Shown here: positions 1 to 13,700 of the stretch, piece after piece
Position numbering within the stretch: the stretch's first letter is position 1
Layout of the letters: each line of letters begins with the position of its first letter
Assembly (NCBI GenBank): GCA_052426225.1
Contig: JBNJNM010000010.1
Span: 620,001-684,000 of the forward strand
DNA from: Zancudomyces culisetae HAW-14-8
Lineage: Eukaryota > Fungi > Kickxellomycota
Direction of reading: 5' to 3'
DNA length: 64,000 bases
Position numbers and translations under genes: made by a program
The notes under the pieces: model-generated
Database searches by the model: none
What the model saw: the letters and a program-made list of their open reading frames with translations, nothing else
Told to the model about the DNA's origin: nothing

Positions 1-439
1 GGACAAAGTGGTTGTGTCCGTGCAATGATCTTCTTGGAACTCCGTAGTTGGTCTCGTCACGTGTAAGATTCCATACAATCAAGGTCTTATCACGGGATGC
101 TGATACGAGCATGTTAGGGTTCTCTGGGGTTGTTGCCAAAGCAGTGACCCATCCAGAATGTCCTATTTTTCAGATAATTTGTATTTGCATTTGTTTAGTA
201 TTTAAATCCTTGTAATTAATCAAAATCGAGTACATATACAGGCCCCTCCTTTTTGAATCGCTTATCTCTACCGACTTTATAAATCAGAATCCGTTTATGA
301 AAGACAAATCACAAAAATATATCATAACTAGTTTTTGTTAAGATGAGCCACTCGCTCTAATCTAAAATTTAAAAAAATAAAGTGCCAGTTAGCCATGATA
401 CTTACCCTTAAGAATACCACGGTGAATTAGAGTGTCCAT
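1..439 (-). CDS. RACK1: RACK1/Asc1/Cpc2 WD40 ribosome-associated protein, 5' part (exon 1 439-406, intron 405-163, exon 2 162 to window edge)
   Basis: Manual splice GTAAGT...TAG gives [65 protein letters not shown], the characteristic RACK1 N-terminus. Not in the ORF track. Confidence 0.95.
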
Positions 440-881
440 TTTAGTTGCTATATCTACCTAACTTTTGACTGAGAAAACAAAAGAGATATATGCAAGATTT
501 TGCCCTTTTGTTCTTTAAGGATTCAACAAAAATTACACTATTTTCTTAATTTGGCAAATTCATACTAGTTTTTCGGTAGGGTTGATTGGTGAACTTAATC
601 TTGTATTAAACTATTTTCCTTTGGTTTATTGGTCTACTCAAAAAAAATTTTCAAGTGCAAAAGTATGAGGGAATAAAAAATAAAAAGCATACTGATTTTC
701 ATCGATTTGCCCTTAACAAAAACATCGATTCACAAAGCTGTAAACAATGAACTTTGGCCATTTCGTCTCGGAAAAGAAAGAAAAAACTCAGATAAACACA
801 ATTAGCTTGACCAAAAATACGAATACTTTAGATGTATTTGTATTCATCGAGTGATATGAGCTTTTTTTATTATTATTGAAA

Positions 882-2468
882 CTAATGAAACGTATCCATT
901 TCTAGCACTTCCTTATCATAGTGTCTAAACAAAATATAAAAGACAACAGCAAAAACTCCCAAGAGAACTGTTTGTCCTGCAAAGCTATATAAAATAGTCG
1001 GATTCCCTGACCAAATAGCTAGAACCATTCCTATAAGAGAACCAAAACAGTTTGTAAGCAAAAATAAGGAAGTAAGAAAGGATTTGAGCTCTGAGGGTGC
1101 CTGAGAAAATGCGTATTCTAACCCGGTAACTGACGAAAAGATTTCAGAGATACCTATTGCTACATATGCAGGAAGCTGCCACCAAACACTAATGTTGTTA
1201 GATGCATTTTTTGGTACATTTGGGCCTGTGAAATCATAATATGGACCCGTATTGTATATGGCTCTCTGTAGTATCGTTACATACACAAACGCCACTACCA
1301 CAATTATAAAACCTATAAAGATCCTTAATATTGGACCAAGGTTGATTTTTTTCTTTTTAAGAAATGGAAATAACAAAGAATCGAATATTGGAATAAATAT
1401 AATAAGTGCCAATGAGTTGAAGAGGTTTAGTTGCTCCGACTGAAGCCAGCTCGGAAGCTTCATTGTTTTACCCTGAAATATAAAGTTGTCTGACATATTT
1501 CCATACAAAGCCCAATAGATTGGATAAAAACAAAACACTTTGCATGCACGGATAGATCTCTTCAATCCATCCACAAATGCATCATCCCATTCACTCACCT
1601 CTGCCCCCTTAGCATAGTCTAACCAGTGTTCACAGTTTTTATTTCTGTCCTCCTTTTTACATTTTTTTGCATACTTGACACATCTTATTACTTTGCCCAT
1701 TACCGAACCTGATACCTTTTTATAAAAATATAACTTATATCCAGAAAAAAAAATAGTGATGCACACTGCCATTAGAACTGCTGGTAAGGCGTATGCATAC
1801 GTATACCCAGCCTTTTCCTTTATATATGGACAAATTAACATTCCAAAAAACGCACCGATATTTATCGCCCAGTAGAAATATCTGAAAAGTCGCTCTGTGG
1901 TTGCTCTGGAATCAATGTATACCCCAGGTGTATCCGTTTTTTTAAACCCTACGTATATCTGCTCTGCCGCAAACGATGAAACGTTTGCTTTTATCCCGCC
2001 TGTTCCAAAACCAATAAATAAATATGTTGCAAGTAAAAATCCAGCCAAACCAAATGTGTCCTTAATTGATTCTATCGAGGAAAAAGAAAGCAATATTGTT
2101 CCAATACAGTACAAAAATCCAAATATTAGAATAGTTTTAAATTTTCCTAGCCATTGATCGGCTATAAAAGCCCCAAGGACAGGTGAAATATAGCAAAAAA
2201 ATTGAAATCCTCTGTTGATAGCAACAGCACTTGGTCTTGATAAGTTCAGGTAATCAGATAGGTACACTGCAAACATCAGCGTAGCTCCGTAAAAAGTAAA
2301 TCGCTCGCAAAATTCTGTTACAACCACAAGCCAAGCAGCAGGTGATAGCCTCTCTGGTACTCCCACTTCGAAATCCGATGGGCGTGTTTCCTGATACCCT
2401 TTCATGTCCGTCATTACAGCATTTGAAGATGTGGTTTGCGATTCCTTATCATTATATTTATTTTCCAT
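882..2468 (-). CDS. PTR2: POT/PTR2-family proton-dependent oligopeptide transporter
   Basis: 528 aa; EFCERFTFYG (ExxERFxYYG motif), GTGGIKANV, FYWAINIG, EIFSSVTGLEYAFSQAP; many hydrophobic helices. Confidence 0.93.
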   Translation of the reverse strand: MENKYNDKESQTTSSNAVMTDMKGYQETRPSDFEVGVPERLSPAAWLVVVTEFCERFTFYGATLMFAVYLSDYLNLSRPSAVAINRGFQFFCYISPVLGAFIADQWLGKFKTILIFGFLYCIGTILLSFSSIESIKDTFGLAGFLLATYLFIGFGTGGIKANVSSFAAEQIYVGFKKTDTPGVYIDSRATTERLFRYFYWAINIGAFFGMLICPYIKEKAGYTYAYALPAVLMAVCITIFFSGYKLYFYKKVSGSVMGKVIRCVKYAKKCKKEDRNKNCEHWLDYAKGAEVSEWDDAFVDGLKRSIRACKVFCFYPIYWALYGNMSDNFIFQGKTMKLPSWLQSEQLNLFNSLALIIFIPIFDSLLFPFLKKKKINLGPILRIFIGFIIVVVAFVYVTILQRAIYNTGPYYDFTGPNVPKNASNNISVWWQLPAYVAIGISEIFSSVTGLEYAFSQAPSELKSFLTSLFLLTNCFGSLIGMVLAIWSGNPTILYSFAGQTVLLGVFAVVFYILFRHYDKEVLEMDTFH

Positions 2469-5400
2469 TCCTAGATGAGTTCAATATATTTTTTTTTTGT
2501 TTTATATTTTATTTTACCTCGTAGCTATTTATATTTGACATTTCACAAAATAGCATCGTGTGATTAAATAGAATTATACTCTATTAATTAATCAGTTCTT
2601 GTGTTTATTGTAATATAATAGTATTCCTCTAGTATAACATTAACACTCATTCTTTTTTTTAAATATTAGTGCGAACCTATTGGGGGAAATGCGGTTATTC
2701 ACTTATATTAGTAACAAAAATTTATCAATACTATCTGTTAATGGCAAGTATTTTTTAAAATATGGCCGTTTCTATACTTTATATATAATGATTTAACGGA
2801 TATTTTTCTTAAAAAGAGAGATATGTCACACACTCTTTCTTCTCTTAAAAACAAAAATTGAGCCTTTATTTCAAAGATCATATCCATATCCCCAACACTA
2901 CTTACACTTTTAGGAACTTTGTAAAGATTACACGCGCCCTCCTCCCTTCTCTCACCATTCCTCTCTTCTTGCTAACATTGCGGGATTATTTATAGTACAA
3001 AAGCGATTTAGAGTCAGTATTCTGGGTTATTTTTTTGGGGAACCAAATCGTAAGTATAGACATTATAAAGCTTCGCTTTGACCTTGAGAAAATATCCGCA
3101 TAATTTAGTAGGCAAAAATGTATTGCCACAAAAACCCTCCAGATTACAATCTATTGGCCTGAGCGGGCTAATTAAATAAATACGAGAAAATATCTCCTAT
3201 ATAAAAAAATTAAGCATGAGCCCGCTTTTGACATTGCTTATACCACCACCTATAACAACTTCTCATCACAAAGTTGTGCAAAAAGCTAACATAAACAGCC
3301 ACAATAGCTTAATCGATGGCTATGTATAGTGGCTAATATAATGAATTTTATATCCTCTCGGGAGATGAGGTGGATGAATAACTCTTTCATCTGCTTTTAT
3401 GTCTCCATTTTGCAGTCTAACAACAGGCGATTCTGTACATAATTTTTAAGGCGGACTATGGCACTTATCTGTATAATAAGTCGTGTACTCATATAGGATA
3501 CACACGATCAGAAAGCTCAAGCTTTAATGAAGTGTATTTATGTAAATCTGAACACAACACATCTCGCTTGCTATGGTGAGGGTATGGGGATAAATGTGAA
3601 CCCAATAAATGATACACCAGAGGACTAATGGTGAAACAATTTCAAATTACAGCATAAGCTGATTTTTGTGAGGGAGACTGCTGTTATGGGTCTGTGTTGT
3701 TTTACTAAAATCACTTACTACATTTTATACATATTCCCGTTATGTAAATAAACTTTTCCCATTGAGTTCTTGGTCTAATTTTTTTTAATAAATGTGTGAA
3801 TAGATAGATATACAAGCTGAGCTAAAAATGAGTGCTGTGATTCCGATATTTTTGCATAGTATGGTATTTAACACACAACGGAACTACAAGACACTAGAAA
3901 GCAAGAAAATACTTGAGCTATTCGCATTTATAATCTCCAACAGTTTGTATTGCTAAACATACAACACGCCTGATTTTTTAAGTATATTTATCGCATTTCA
4001 CTTGTTTTTCACAGAGTATTAGGTTTTTATAATGCTCGTTTATTTTGGAAAGTGTTTCAATTTCGTAAAGAGGTTTGTCATGCAAATAATCTACTTCAAA
4101 TGGAAGAAATGAAAATAATAATATCAGAGTTAAAGGCCCGAATAAGAAATATAAAAGAGTGGATCTGGAAAGTAGAATACCCCAACAGCCAGGTCGAATG
4201 ATAAACTAAATCTTATATTGTTTTATCGCTCAATTTGTACTTCAGAGCCCCCAAGTCTAAAGTCTAGCAGTCAATAGCAAAAACTCGAGCTAAGTTGTGA
4301 GTAAACATACTGAAATGTATGGTGCTAGTTAAAGAGTTGCATGTGGTTTTTTCTACGACAAACAACAAATGATGAAATTGTACTATCAGTTTATAGCACA
4401 CAGATTCCAACGCGACTCTTTGGGCGTAGTTTAAAATTTGTTATTTCTTAATTTTAAGATAGGGGGTTGGTTATCTTTAGCATCTGTGCAGACCACTAGC
4501 AACGCGGATCTAAACTCGGCCCGTGACATGGAAAAGGTAATAACTAAGATCAAGTAAATATATAAAGAAAAAAAAACTTGAAACATCAGCAAGTTCTAAA
4601 ACACGCACCTGTACTCTATAACACACGATTTTAAAGCAAATAAATGAAATCGTTTGATCAATATCAAAGAGCCTTGAGACAAAGTATATTTCTTTTAAAT
4701 CCAATAAGGCGAAAGCCAAAACGAACCATTATAAATTGAAGCTGAGGACAAATTCACAGGCTGAAATCGGTTGGCTGTATCTACAAGTTCAACTTCAATT
4801 TAATGGTAACTCAATTTAATTCAATAAAAACAGCAACTACAAATAAAAACTACAAACCAAATCAGTACAAAGTAAAAACAGACATAAAGAAAAATGTTGA
4901 AACGATAGTACAAATGATAATTATAAAACACGCCGATTTTCTACAAATCACCATATCTTTTAATGTAAGCACCAAAAAACCGTTCATAAAACTTTCACAA
5001 AAAATTTTTTTTCAGCAAAAATAATTTCCATAAACTTCATTGAACTATTGAATTAAGCCAATTTTGTCAAATGGGAAATGTATCATCCTGTGGACATTAC
5101 AAACATAAAAACATCACAAGAACGAATGATATACAAGTTTATCTACAACAAACTGGCAAAATTACTAGATTTTGTATGTTGACAATAAAGACTAATATAC
5201 GATAATTACAAATACCATCGCCGATTTACAATAAAATCATACGAAAAAAACATTAAAATGGTTGGGGTGTTAATAATATACTGAAAATCGGAAAAGTATA
5301 ATAATCGTTGCAAATTGCGTTGATAGTAAAAGACAAAACCGTCCATTAAGTGATTGGAAAGCGAAAAAAAAGTAATGAAAATGAAAAGGAAAATGAAACT

Positions 5401-5552
5401 GGTAAAATATAATAAAAAGAGAACCGTGGAAGCTAAAAGTCCCACATCCACCATAATTCTATTCCAAAGTTTTAGTTTTGAAGTATTCTGAAACCATAAT
5501 CTAAACCTTTGTAACCTTATAACGACCACTGGTTATTAAAACTCAAATCGAG

Positions 5553-6410
5553 ATGAAGCTATCGACCTATTTGTCAGCATTGGCATTGTCCGGACTCAAT
5601 GCCGTTTTGTCACAAGAAGTTGTCACAGAATATGTACATGTACAAGCAGCTGCACCTGAAGTAGAGTATGTTACAGTTTATGTGTATGCAGACCAACCGC
5701 AATACGCAGCCCCAGATGTTGTAACAGTCACTGCAGGATACACCCCCGAATACGACCAAACACCAACCGAGAATGTTGTTGTAGTGGAACAACCCCAGTA
5801 TGATGAACAGCCACAACAGCAACAACCTCAATACGTTGAGCAGCCACAACAACAACAACAACCACAACAAGCTCAACCACAACAAGCTCAACCACAACAA
5901 GCTCAACCACAACAACAACAAGCTCAACAACAACAAGCTCAACCACAACAACAACAACAACAACCACAACAAGCTCAACCACAACAAGCTCAACAACAAC
6001 AACAACCTCAAGACAACGCAAGAGCTGCCCCACAACCTTCTGTAAGTGGTAGCTTTTCTCAGACACTTTTGAGTTTGGTTAATGGTCTACGTGCTTCAAG
6101 AGGGCTCAGTCAATTGTCATTGAGTGCTAACCTCGACTCTGCTGCTGTTGCACAAAGTCAATATCAAGCATCAATAAACACAATGACACATGCCAACTCA
6201 AACTATAGTGGTATTTTGCAAAGATTCTCCGCCTCTGGTGCTAACTGCAGCGGTGCTGCAGAAAACATTGCCTCAGGTGTATCTGACGCAAACCAAGCAT
6301 ATAACTTGTGGTTGAACTCTGCAGGACATCTTGCAAATATGTTGGGTAATTACAGCGTAATGGGAGCCGGTCTCGTCAACGGTTATGCTTCCCAAACTTT
6401 CTGCAGCTAA
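5553..6410 (+). CDS. Secreted CAP/SCP (PR-1-like) domain protein with Gln/Pro-rich linker
   Basis: N-terminal signal peptide; C-terminal LVNGLRASRGL...AENIASG...WLNSAGHLANML CAP motifs. Confidence 0.88.
   Translation: MKLSTYLSALALSGLNAVLSQEVVTEYVHVQAAAPEVEYVTVYVYADQPQYAAPDVVTVTAGYTPEYDQTPTENVVVVEQPQYDEQPQQQQPQYVEQPQQQQQPQQAQPQQAQPQQAQPQQQQAQQQQAQPQQQQQQPQQAQPQQAQQQQQPQDNARAAPQPSVSGSFSQTLLSLVNGLRASRGLSQLSLSANLDSAAVAQSQYQASINTMTHANSNYSGILQRFSASGANCSGAAENIASGVSDANQAYNLWLNSAGHLANMLGNYSVMGAGLVNGYASQTFCS
5808..6010 (+). repeat. Coding CAA-rich repeat (QQAQP / poly-Q units)
   Basis: Tandem CAACAAGCTCAACCA units interleaved with (CAA)n. Confidence 0.9.
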
Positions 6411-7568
6411 ATTATTGAGTAATTTAGCTCGCTTCCTATACCATGATGTTAAATTATTGGTTTTAGTACCACATAGTTATTTTATTATCTTATGATTGAC
6501 ATGGTCTTTGTCTCAACCTTTATTAGTACGATCTTATGAAAGCACAGTTAAGAAATCGCTAGCGTGTTTTTGACTTTTTTTTTTGAACTTTAATTGGTTT
6601 TAGTTTGCTTATTAAATTGATTTTAATAAACTCTTTAGACCAAGAATACGTCTCATACCTTGAGGATATGGTTTTCGGATTAGGCATTCCTCAAGTAATA
6701 TGTACTGATGATTAATTACTAGAATGATCATCATCCTGTACTATGATTCTAAAATTTGGAGTGTACTATTGGGGTTCTGTCTATGTTCCAATCTTTTTTT
6801 TTTACCTGTTTTACGATATTCAAATATTGTTTATATCGAGCGTCTTACAATTCAAAAATCTCGTTAGTAGATCTTATACACTCGATTCTATTTACATTTG
6901 TGTCTTCTCCTGGTTAGAGCAACATCATTGCGTGATAAAATTAATCCTCTAAGTGATGGCTGAAAACACCATTTTATTAAGCAATGTTTATGATGTTTTT
7001 TTCTTCTTAAATCCTTTTGAAATATTAAAATAAGATCCTGATCATGACCATGAAGCTAATACTAACACTAACACTGACCCTAACCTCGGCATAAATTTTG
7101 GACAATGCAAACCCGATTTATCCTACCATACTCCTATGAACTGTTCAGTGTATCATTTATTGCGCCTTTTCATTACTAAGTCTGTCCATTGTTATATTCA
7201 AACAAACAAGTGAACACTAAACACACTAGGGTTTATTGCTAAACAATGGGCCCATAACATTGTCATAATATTATCCCAATACTAGTACATTCGGCTGTTT
7301 TATATGCTAAACAATTTTAATACAGGTATTCAGGCTCGGCGGATGTTAATTAATTAGACTATTTTGACATCATCAGAGCCGGTACATTTATACCTCATAA
7401 TAAAATGTTAAAATTGCTTAGGTGTATACTTGTTATTCAGAATATAAATAGTATATCTTATCCACATAAATATTGGTCTATACTCTACCGTTTTTATTTT
7501 TGTATTATTTTTTATCTTTGCCACGCTATTTACTATAAACTATTTTATATAATATACCGATCAAAAAA

Positions 7569-7787
7569 ATGGTAGCACTTCGAATCACAATCTCAATGCG
7601 CGTTGTATTTATGTTGATACTCCATGGTATAAATTCGAGATGTATTGATGGTGAAAGTAAATGCAGAGATCTTCTAACACTCCAGTATTGCAAAAACGGC
7701 GAATGGCACCAGATGCCATGTATACCCCCTCGTGCGTGTGTTAGCGTGGGAAAAGCTGGATACTTTTGCAAAACGCAATTTATGTAG
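7569..7787 (+). CDS. Small secreted Cys-rich protein, CBM19-like chitin-binding module (tentative)
   Basis: Hydrophobic N-terminus, then 6 Cys in CIDGESKC...YCKNGEWHQMPC...AC...FC; TATAAATA upstream at about 7443. Confidence 0.55.
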   Translation: MVALRITISMRVVFMLILHGINSRCIDGESKCRDLLTLQYCKNGEWHQMPCIPPRACVSVGKAGYFCKTQFM

Positions 7788-8247
7788 CTTATACTGTATA
7801 TCGAGATACATGCTTTAGGAGATTTAAAATCTGGGTAAACGCAAATAACAGATTCAATATTATATGGACACCATCTGATAAAAAACTGAATACATTAAAT
7901 TTTAGTTAGAATTCACACTAGTGTGGTTTTTGTTTAGTATGATTGCCAAACCCAACATATTTAATGTACCAAGTAATATTCAACACTTCACTGGCTATTG
8001 TTTATTATAAGCCGTTATTAATATCAAGTATTTGTAAAGCTGGGTATTGTTGTACTGGTTTCGGTTTTGGTTTTGGTTTTGGAATTAGTTTTTTTATATA
8101 GTTTTTCGTCATAAGTGCATGACCAGCGCCGCAAACCTAAACGCAAGCCCAAGCTAAGCAACAAGCTGAACTCAAGTATTATCCGTTTATTTCAACTTAT
8201 TTCATTTAGTAACTCTGTTAGGGAAAAGCATCAAAATACTCTCATCA

Positions 8248-8320
8248 AAAAAACAAAAGAACAAAACAAAAGAACAAAACAAAAGAACAAAACAAAAGAA
8301 CAAAACAAAAGAACAAAAAA
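8248..8320 (+). repeat. Low-complexity tandem repeat (ACAAAAGAACAAA-like)
   Basis: Repeated aaaacaaaagaac units. Confidence 0.7.
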
Positions 8321-8479
8321 TGAGAATATCGTAACATTCATGACAAAATAAACACTAGATAGTATAGTAGGACCAACATAACTTACGACTCATTTCCGTT
8401 TCTATCCTCATCCCTATCCCAACGGCTACCCCTCATACCATCCCCCCTCCACACCATCTCCCAAACCCCATTCCCTATC

Positions 8480-10660
8480 TCATTTCTCCATATCTATCTC
8501 AAGTTGTGGTCCTTCTTCAAATTCAAGCGATCTGTTAAGTAATGGCTTGATCACGGTTTCGAAATATGGAATTGGTTTTTGTGGGTTTAACCTTGTTACC
8601 AAATTGTAGTATGTTTCATATATATTTCCATCGTATCTTCCAAATGGTGAGTTGATCACGTAATCAGTATACCCAAATGAATCAACCAACAAAATTGCCA
8701 CCTTCCTAACCTCTCCACATATTTGATCCAACCTTGTTCGAAGAATGTTTATCTGTGCTGAATTAAAGTAACCCGATTGCAAAAATTCTCCACTATACTG
8801 TATTGCCATACTAACTCCATATAGTGTTGCCATCAATGTTAATGGTTTGACCAACTCTTGTTCAATATTTCCTCCACTTACTGCCTCTGAAATACAATGC
8901 ATTAAGTACGCTGTTATATGCATTCGGGCTGCATGTAATCGAGATGCCGAACACTTTTCATACGCCTCATCGATATTATTACTTGTTTTTAGATGTTTCT
9001 CGAACTCTCTGTATGCTCTGAATATCGCGCTAGCTGCTACTGTAGCCCATCCCTCGTTCAATGTAGCTATCGAGCAAACAACATTTGGTTCTGTGGACGT
9101 GCATTTTGACCACTCTTCTTTGGTTCCTGCCTTATTTAAAAACATCAGGTTCTCTGGTAATGTCGCTCCTTTAGTAAATCCCTTGGCTGCATTCACAAGG
9201 TATCTTCCGCATTGAAGCATTAATATAGTATTGTCTCCTTCCCATGTACAATGAACTGCAAAGTCCTGGTACATTGTGGATAGCCCAGTGTATGCAGAAT
9301 AACCATGCCCACCCAAAGATTGGCGACATTGATCAATAATATTGAGTGTTGTCCATGTACAATATGACTTCAACCCTGCACTTGTGGCATGGGTCTCTTT
9401 CAACTGTGTCAACACTCCTTTGATATCATCTCCAAGCTTGGATGACTCCAATTGTTTGTTTAGCTGCTCAAATTGATTATTCAGCCTCCTTGCCGCAAAA
9501 TTCATAGCAAACGTTTGTGACAACAGTGGTAACAATCGGTGTTGATGAATTGGATAATCCAACAGTTTTGTTTCGGGTGTCCCTGGTGGCCCACTGCTAA
9601 ATTGACGACGAATTGCTGCATATCTCAGCGCTATGGTTAACGCCTTCTTGGCAATGTTGGCTGAATCTGCAACCATTGTTACTCTTCCTGTAATCAGTGC
9701 TCCATAGGCCAGCTGCGCCATAGGTGGCTCGGTAACTACTCCTGTTGATGACACTTTTGTGTGTTTCATAAGCATATTGCTTCTGGGAATTCGAACATTA
9801 GTGAACTGAATCCATCCATTATCAATTTGATCTCTGCCCATCTTCTTTCCTATATCTCCAATATTTACGCCTGCCATCAATTCATATGTTTCTGGATCTC
9901 TGAGCTGAACTATAAACGTTTTGACTCCATAATCCTTTCCATTAACAATCAACCTAGCATACACTGCACTATGGGTTGCTGAATGTGCCGCTCCCCCGAT
10001 CCACCACTTTGTGGCTGTAAGAGTTGGTGTATGAATAATGAACTGGTCTTTTTCTGCGTCGAATGTGGCTGTTGTTTCAATTCCTGCAACATTAGATCCG
10101 TGTCCCAACTCGGTCATTGAAAAACATCCTATAAATTTCTTCAACGTTAATGCCCCCTTTTGTACCCAGTATGAAAACTGTGATGGTGTTGCTTGACCTT
10201 GAAGTGCCCCAAAAAACAATCCCATGTGCACCCCAAATCTTGTCCAGAAACCTGGGTCAATAACACTTATTACACTCATTCGTAACATAAATATACTTCT
10301 TGATTCACTGAGAAGCTTATCAGCCGTTCCTCTAACCTTTCTCATTGTTCGTTCCCGAATCTGCTCCAGGGTTAGGTTTGGATAATCATCAATTACCCAG
10401 TTTGGATCTCTTTGGTATTCCTGATACATTTGTGCCTTCAACTATTAAAAAGTATTTTGTGGAGTTATAGTTAACGATATTAGCACTATACACTAAGTAA
10501 CTGGGCTGTATTTTTTATTCAATACACTTTAGATAAAGCACGAATATATCGTTTATTCGAAGCTGCTTACTCTTGAAACTTCGGGGCTACCATCCAAAAA
10601 GTGTGTCATCTTGGTTATATCAAAACTTGGATTGAGTCTTTCCTCAGCTAGGCTTTTCAT
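8480..10660 (-). CDS. POX1: Acyl-CoA oxidase (exon 1 10660-10571, intron 10570-10442, exon 2 10441-8480)
   Basis: GCFSMTELGHGSNV, KWWIGG, CRQSLGGHGY, CTWEGDN motifs. Upstream exon MKSLAEERLNPSFDITKMTHFLDGSPEVSR joins in phase 0 through GTAAGC...TAG. Confidence 0.92.
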
Positions 10661-10738
10661 TGGGCTATATTATACATCGTTTTAAAATGTGATTATAATT
10701 AAGACACTTATAAGTGATAATATACTTGTACGCTGAGG

Positions 10739-10780
10739 TTTGGGTTTGGGTTTGGGTTTGGGTTTGGGTTTGGGTTTGGG
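10739..10780 (+). repeat. (TTTGGG)7 perfect hexamer repeat
   Basis: Seven perfect copies read directly. Confidence 0.95.
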
Positions 10781-13700
10781 CTTGAGTTTATTTTTATGCT
10801 AACATCTATCATTATGTTTCTTGAAACACACTATTTCTTTGCCTCTCTACCAATCTACTCTTCTACCACCTTGCTCTTATTTCTCTTATTTCCACTCTTA
10901 CAAGCAATAACACCACTTACCATACCGCTGAATTCTTTTCCGAACCCTTTACTCCTGTGCTATCCATTTTCCAGTATTTTTATCTGTTCAATATTATTCT
11001 GATTAACTTTTTAGGGTTTGTACTGCAGTATATTATACTTTTGCTGTATTCTTTAGAGTTGTTTAGTGAACTGTTGTTTACTACTATGTGTTATAAATCC
11101 AACTTGGAATCTGCATATAATTTATAGTTACTAATACTATATCCTTTAAGAAAGGTTTATTAAAAACCGAAAACTTGATAAGAAAAGTATTTTCTTTTGT
11201 TTTTTTTACTAGTTATCCTTATGTTTGCTTTGCTAATAGGAATAAACTTTGTATTTACACAAAAGATAGGGATTTATTAAAATGAGCCCAGCTTATCGAA
11301 TGTGAGCATGTTATTTTTCCAAAATCGAGCAAATGAAAATATCCGAGCACAAACAAATGCATAAGCACGTTCATACTGAAAAACAGAAATGTTGCGAAAA
11401 AAAACCCCCAAATGGCCTATTCACCAAAGAGAATGTGGTTCTAGTCTGGTGGGCACCATGTGAAAGTGATATTCAATCAATCTTGTTTATTTTATGCGCA
11501 TTTTCACACTTTTTCACACTTTTTCACCATTTCACCATTTTTCCTTTTACCTCTAATCACTTTCATATTCCGCCTAGGTCACGCTCTTTGAATTAACCAT
11601 CTTTTACTGCCTATTCCTTGTAAGACACTGTATTTAAATATCTATGCTACCACCCCCTTCGCCTATTTTCCTTCTTCACCCCCCCACTTCTCTCTCACTT
11701 TTTTGTCTGCTTTGCATGTGCTTTTTTTATACCAGCCTATTGTCTTTGTAATGTTCATCCAATCCTCTAAAATGGAAAAGAAATTAACAAAGAAAAAAAA
11801 AGAAACCCGCATGAAAATGCTAGTAAACAACCAAAACGGCAATTAATAATAGATGGGCAATAAAACACCAGAGCAAATAAAATGAGCAGAAAGCATACCA
11901 CCAGACACAACCCTTCCTCCTCCTTTCCTCCATTGTTTTTCAATCATTTTTACAGATTGTTAACTGTCTATTCGATTATGGTGTAGTTAAGAGCGGAAAA
12001 TATACTTGGTATCATTATTTGGATATAGATACTATAATACAGAGAATACTAGTATCAGTTTAAACAAGAATAAACAAATAATCACAAATAGTCACAAGTA
12101 GTCAGCGTGTAAAGATAAAAAATGATTAAATAATATAAAGGAACTATAGTACCCTGAATGAACCAAGGTGTTTGGGATTAAACTATATGGCAGGAAAAAA
12201 CCACTTGTAAGCCAGCTACATTGTACTGCTATAAGTCCAAACTAACTATTGCCAAAAACATTATTTATGTTGTTTTTTATATGTGCTATACTTAGCACTA
12301 TGTGCATACTACATTGGATATGGATTTCCACATCCACATCCACATTCACATTCACAAGATCCGATTCAAACTCGAATTTTCACACTGCCAGTCTTTTCGA
12401 ACCGAATATTTATACTATCCCGCTTTAGATGGATTAAGGGGTCAAGTTTTGGTTTTGGTATTGTTACTATTCGTTTAATATAGGATGACCAAACAATTGG
12501 GAGATTATAGACCATTCAAATCTTCAAAGATTTTACAAATACTATATTTATACACTTTTTTAAGTTTCTTCATCTAGGCACAGCTTTTTGTCAAAAATTG
12601 GCAGCATTTCTATATTGCCTGTATTTGAATTTATTGATACATTATACTTGAACCCTTACTTCTCCCAAACTACGCTCTGAAAGGACAAATGTATAACCCA
12701 TATATCCTCTGTTTCATCACTCCTTTTGGTTTATTTAAAACGTATGCTAGCCTTATTTTTGTTTTTTTCCTAACTTTTCAATTTACTTTTTAGTATGGCT
12801 TTCATTCTCATTTATTAAATGTTATACTAAGCTGTGTTTATTTATTTATTTTTGACCAACTTTAGTAAATACATAAGCTTAGTGTAGTTTACAGAGTCTC
12901 ATTAATTGATAACATGTTTTTGCATATCTCAGCAGAACAATAACAGAAATTGACATTGTGCTTGGCAATTTAACATTGGCTAAAGTTTTCAATATCTGGT
13001 TCTCACACTTTCACCTAAACTTATTGTTGAAGATGTTGTTTTTTAACACACTATCATTACGTTTTTTCAAGTTAATAACACCATGATTTAAGTGTTTTGT
13101 ATTTGCTCGCACATCTCATAATTAGTTTTCCCCCATTATTTATAAAATTATCCTACAAAATTTGCGAATATGGGAAATATCTATTTATACACCTCCATAC
13201 TAGCATTATTAACTATAACTCTTTCTCTTTTCTATGAGGGTAGATAAAGACACTAAAAATGCCTACGTATCCTAGTATACGCCACATCCACCTTCTAACT
13301 TAATATTCAATACGATCCTTTCACACGTAGCATGCCTTGTTATTTTTTACTTTAAGCTAGTATAGAGTTGGACGCATTTGGAAGCGTTTTCTCGCATGGT
13401 TTCTCTATTTTGTGATCTTGAAATTGAGAGTCCCTTATTATTTTAGCGTAATACTGATTAGTAAACCCCTGTAACACCTATAGCCTTGCTTCTCATACAT
13501 AGAGTGGTTAACAGTGTTAATATCTCATAAGAGAGGTGAGGGTTTGAGGTGTATTGTGTTTTTTTTCTGGCTTTTATTGAGTATTATGTACTTTACTACT
13601 GCTCAATATATAATATTACAGATTTGTGTTAGATTTAATAAAATTCTCAATAGTTATTTTTTCCCAAAATGATTTTCGATTTTGTGAATTAAACATCCGC

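Noticed and set aside
5610-6066. Leu-, Val- and Asn-rich overlapping ORFs
   Set aside because: Alternative-frame shadows of the CAA repeat in the CAP gene.
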